The notes beneath the pieces were generated by a model. It was not told the DNA's origin. It did no database searches and saw only the letters and a program-made list of their open reading frames with translations. A stretch of DNA of 64,000 bases. Source: Bugula neritina. Taxonomy: Eukaryota; Animalia; Bryozoa. The position numbers were made by a program, and so were the translations under genes. The DNA lies in contig OZ037772.1 in assembly GCA_964035545.1 (NCBI GenBank), forward strand, positions 4,530,233 through 4,594,232, given 5' to 3'. Within the stretch, counting starts at the first letter, position 1. Each line of letters starts with the position of its first letter. Shown piece after piece: positions 1 to 64,000 of this stretch.

Positions 1-2569
1 AAATGTTGCAGCTGTTTCGGCTGAAAACAAACCTAAACAGTACGCAGAAATTATCTGTACTGAACGAAAAAATTAGCGGCGGGGAAAAGCACTGCGTGCA
101 CATAATAATATGATTATACAGTTTCTAAACTGATACATTGCTATAGTGATGAGAAATCGCTTAAAACAGCTCTGAGTGGGTAGTCACTGAGTGCATTGAT
201 TTGAGGGTAGTCAGTTTAGAATCCGGAAAAACATGCCTACACATACTCTGCACTTGGTCATTACTGAATTGATGCTGCTTCTAACGATTTCCATAACAAC
301 AGTGAGAGCAACTCATGATTGTACGATTAATCTGTAATTTTATATATTTAAATTGTTTGTAGATAGTGCTAGTATAGTACTAGCGATGCATTGATTTGTA
401 ATTATGTTTTATTGTTATACTAATATTTATAGTATATACGTATAAATATATAATAATTAACATAAACATTAGCACTATGATTATTGATGTTTATTTTTAG
501 TATATTCAATTTCATATTCAAATTGATATTGGCTTTAACTTTATTTGTTTAAGTACTTTAGGCCTTACTTTTTTATTGGTAAAGTTTTTATTTTTTTTAA
601 ACAAGTTTACTTTTCTTAAAGGTGAAAACTGCAAGCTCATTTAGGAGCAGAACACTTAAATTGCCTATGTTTTTTTTATTTTCAAAATAAGTTTTGGTTT
701 GAGGCATGGGTTAAGAGTCTCACAAAAACATAACTTCTTTTGTTATCTTTCTAGTCTAAAACACATACTTTCTTTTATTTTTCAAAAGCTCTACTAGTTC
801 AACCACCAAACCAAAATTTATTAGGAAAATCAATGGACTTGGGCTACCAAAACTGCATGGTTCACTGCTGCAAATTAATATTCGTCTCAACATCTGTTCC
901 ACTTTTCAGAATAGTGTGGGCAATACTACAGAACCTTTCTCAGGCCTTACCCTAGCTGGCTCGGACCTGGCTGAAGTACCTGAAAAATTAGTAAGTTCTA
1001 ACGTACATATATAGTAAGTGGCAAATTGTTGTTAGCGCACAAAGCTAAAATGAGAAAACATTCACTCTAGTAGTATACAATGCTATAATGTAATTTTGTA
1101 CAATGTTATACTGTAGTGCTATACAATGTTTGCAATACTGTGTTGGTATACAATATTTTTTTAGATTACAAGAACAATCTTCCTTATTGTGTACATCAGA
1201 AGAGTGCTGAGACTGATTAGAATGCAAGGAATTCATGCTCCATCACCTTCTGCTACTGGTGAGTCAGTCATTATAGAATGTTCTAGATCAGACCTAAGCC
1301 TATACTCAACTACAGTAACTTAAAATATGCCACAAACTACAGCACAGAGTGTACTAGGTGCTACCACATGAAGTGGATTATCCCACAGATTGCTAATTTG
1401 CAAAACTTCTCTTGAGGGAAGTATTGTATTAGCATGGAAAACTGGGCAAAATTTGTGGAATTCATGAAGTAAAAATGTTAAGCGAATAATGCAAAAAATT
1501 TCTGCACATACCAGTCATCCAATAGGTCGATCTCTATCAAGGTCAAATAGTTGATAACATGGCAGGAAAACTAGTTGAATATTACATAAAGTAAATATCT
1601 AGTGAACTGTTACTCAATGATTGTTGGGAGCGACTTCAACTCTATCTGCAACTCTTCAACAATACGGCTGCTTTCTGTACAATACTGTCTCGTGCTCTCT
1701 GTCAAACAATAGATTAGCACTGCTACAAGTCATAGCAAGGCTAGTAGTAAGAATATTATTTTAGCAGCTGGTCAAGAAGCAAAGACATTAACAGATAATC
1801 TAGAGAAAAGTTGCTCAACGGAGAACACAGAAGATGATTCTAGAGACATGCTTCCTGATTACTGTGACTTTGGTACAGCAGAGTATAGGGCAAGGTGGGC
1901 ACAACTTCTCAATATCAGATATAAATAGGTTAACTGAAGGTTCTTCACTGATTAATGTTAAACTGTGAAATAACTTAACTAATATAAATCTTGTGTGTAA
2001 TATAGTGTATTGTACATTGTGTGTTTGTTTATTGTGTTATTGTAATGCTATAAATTGCAATACATTGAAATGCGTTGTATTATTATGGATTGTATTATAC
2101 TGTATTGGATTTTACAATAACAATGAACAATTTACTTTATCATATTACACTGTCATCTGATGAGTTGCATTACATAAACCATGTTAATATTATTTCAATC
2201 ACCATTAATCCTATTTATGAATTGTGGTATTGATGCATTTTCTTACATTGTATTGCATTACATTGCAATGTATCTTACTGTACTGTATTATGAGGTATTG
2301 TATTGTACTATATTGTATTATGAATAATTGTAATGGTATTGTATTGCATTCAAATGTAATATAATTATTGCATTATATCTATTAATAAACTTACATGATT
2401 TTGCTAAATATAAATTATTTTAACCATAATATGTATCCTAAAAACTTCCACTCAACGTATTATAAATATGAGGAGACAAATCTGAAAAGTATTTAACATA
2501 TTATATCCAACATACTCTGTACAATTTGCTAGCCTTACTGTACGCATACATTGGGTCATGTGATTACAG

Positions 2570-64000
<61,431 letters not shown>

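Overview
This is AT-rich eukaryotic DNA, most likely from an invertebrate animal; no prokaryotic features are present. Almost the whole window is one large + strand multi-exon gene. I reconstructed 53 GT-AG exons by hand (2570..64000, about 8.7 kb of CDS, about 2,900 aa), phase-consistent and stop-free; the CDS is open at both ends (no start codon found, runs off the right edge). It encodes an extracellular-type, very cysteine-rich protein: an unassigned N-terminal region, three thrombospondin type-1 (TSP1)-like domains, then dozens of short C-x4/5-C-x4/5-C-x4-C modules interrupted by an acidic Ser-Gly linker. Most long ORFs in the supplied track are artefacts of intronic tandem repeats. The striking structure is in the introns. 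Roughly 20 introns each carry their own minisatellite, usually starting at or within a few dozen bases of a splice site, and several repeat units contain the splice site itself. Examples are a 16.5-kb, 22-bp array of GTGAGT/ATGAGT donor copies that fills an entire intron, and a 33-bp in-frame array that gives one exon about 22 alternative in-frame donors. Also present: a solo-LTR-like insertion with a 5-bp TSD, a Harbinger-like MITE family (one copy with a nested TA-inserted element), and tRNA-derived SINEs. All calls are by eye, with no database search.
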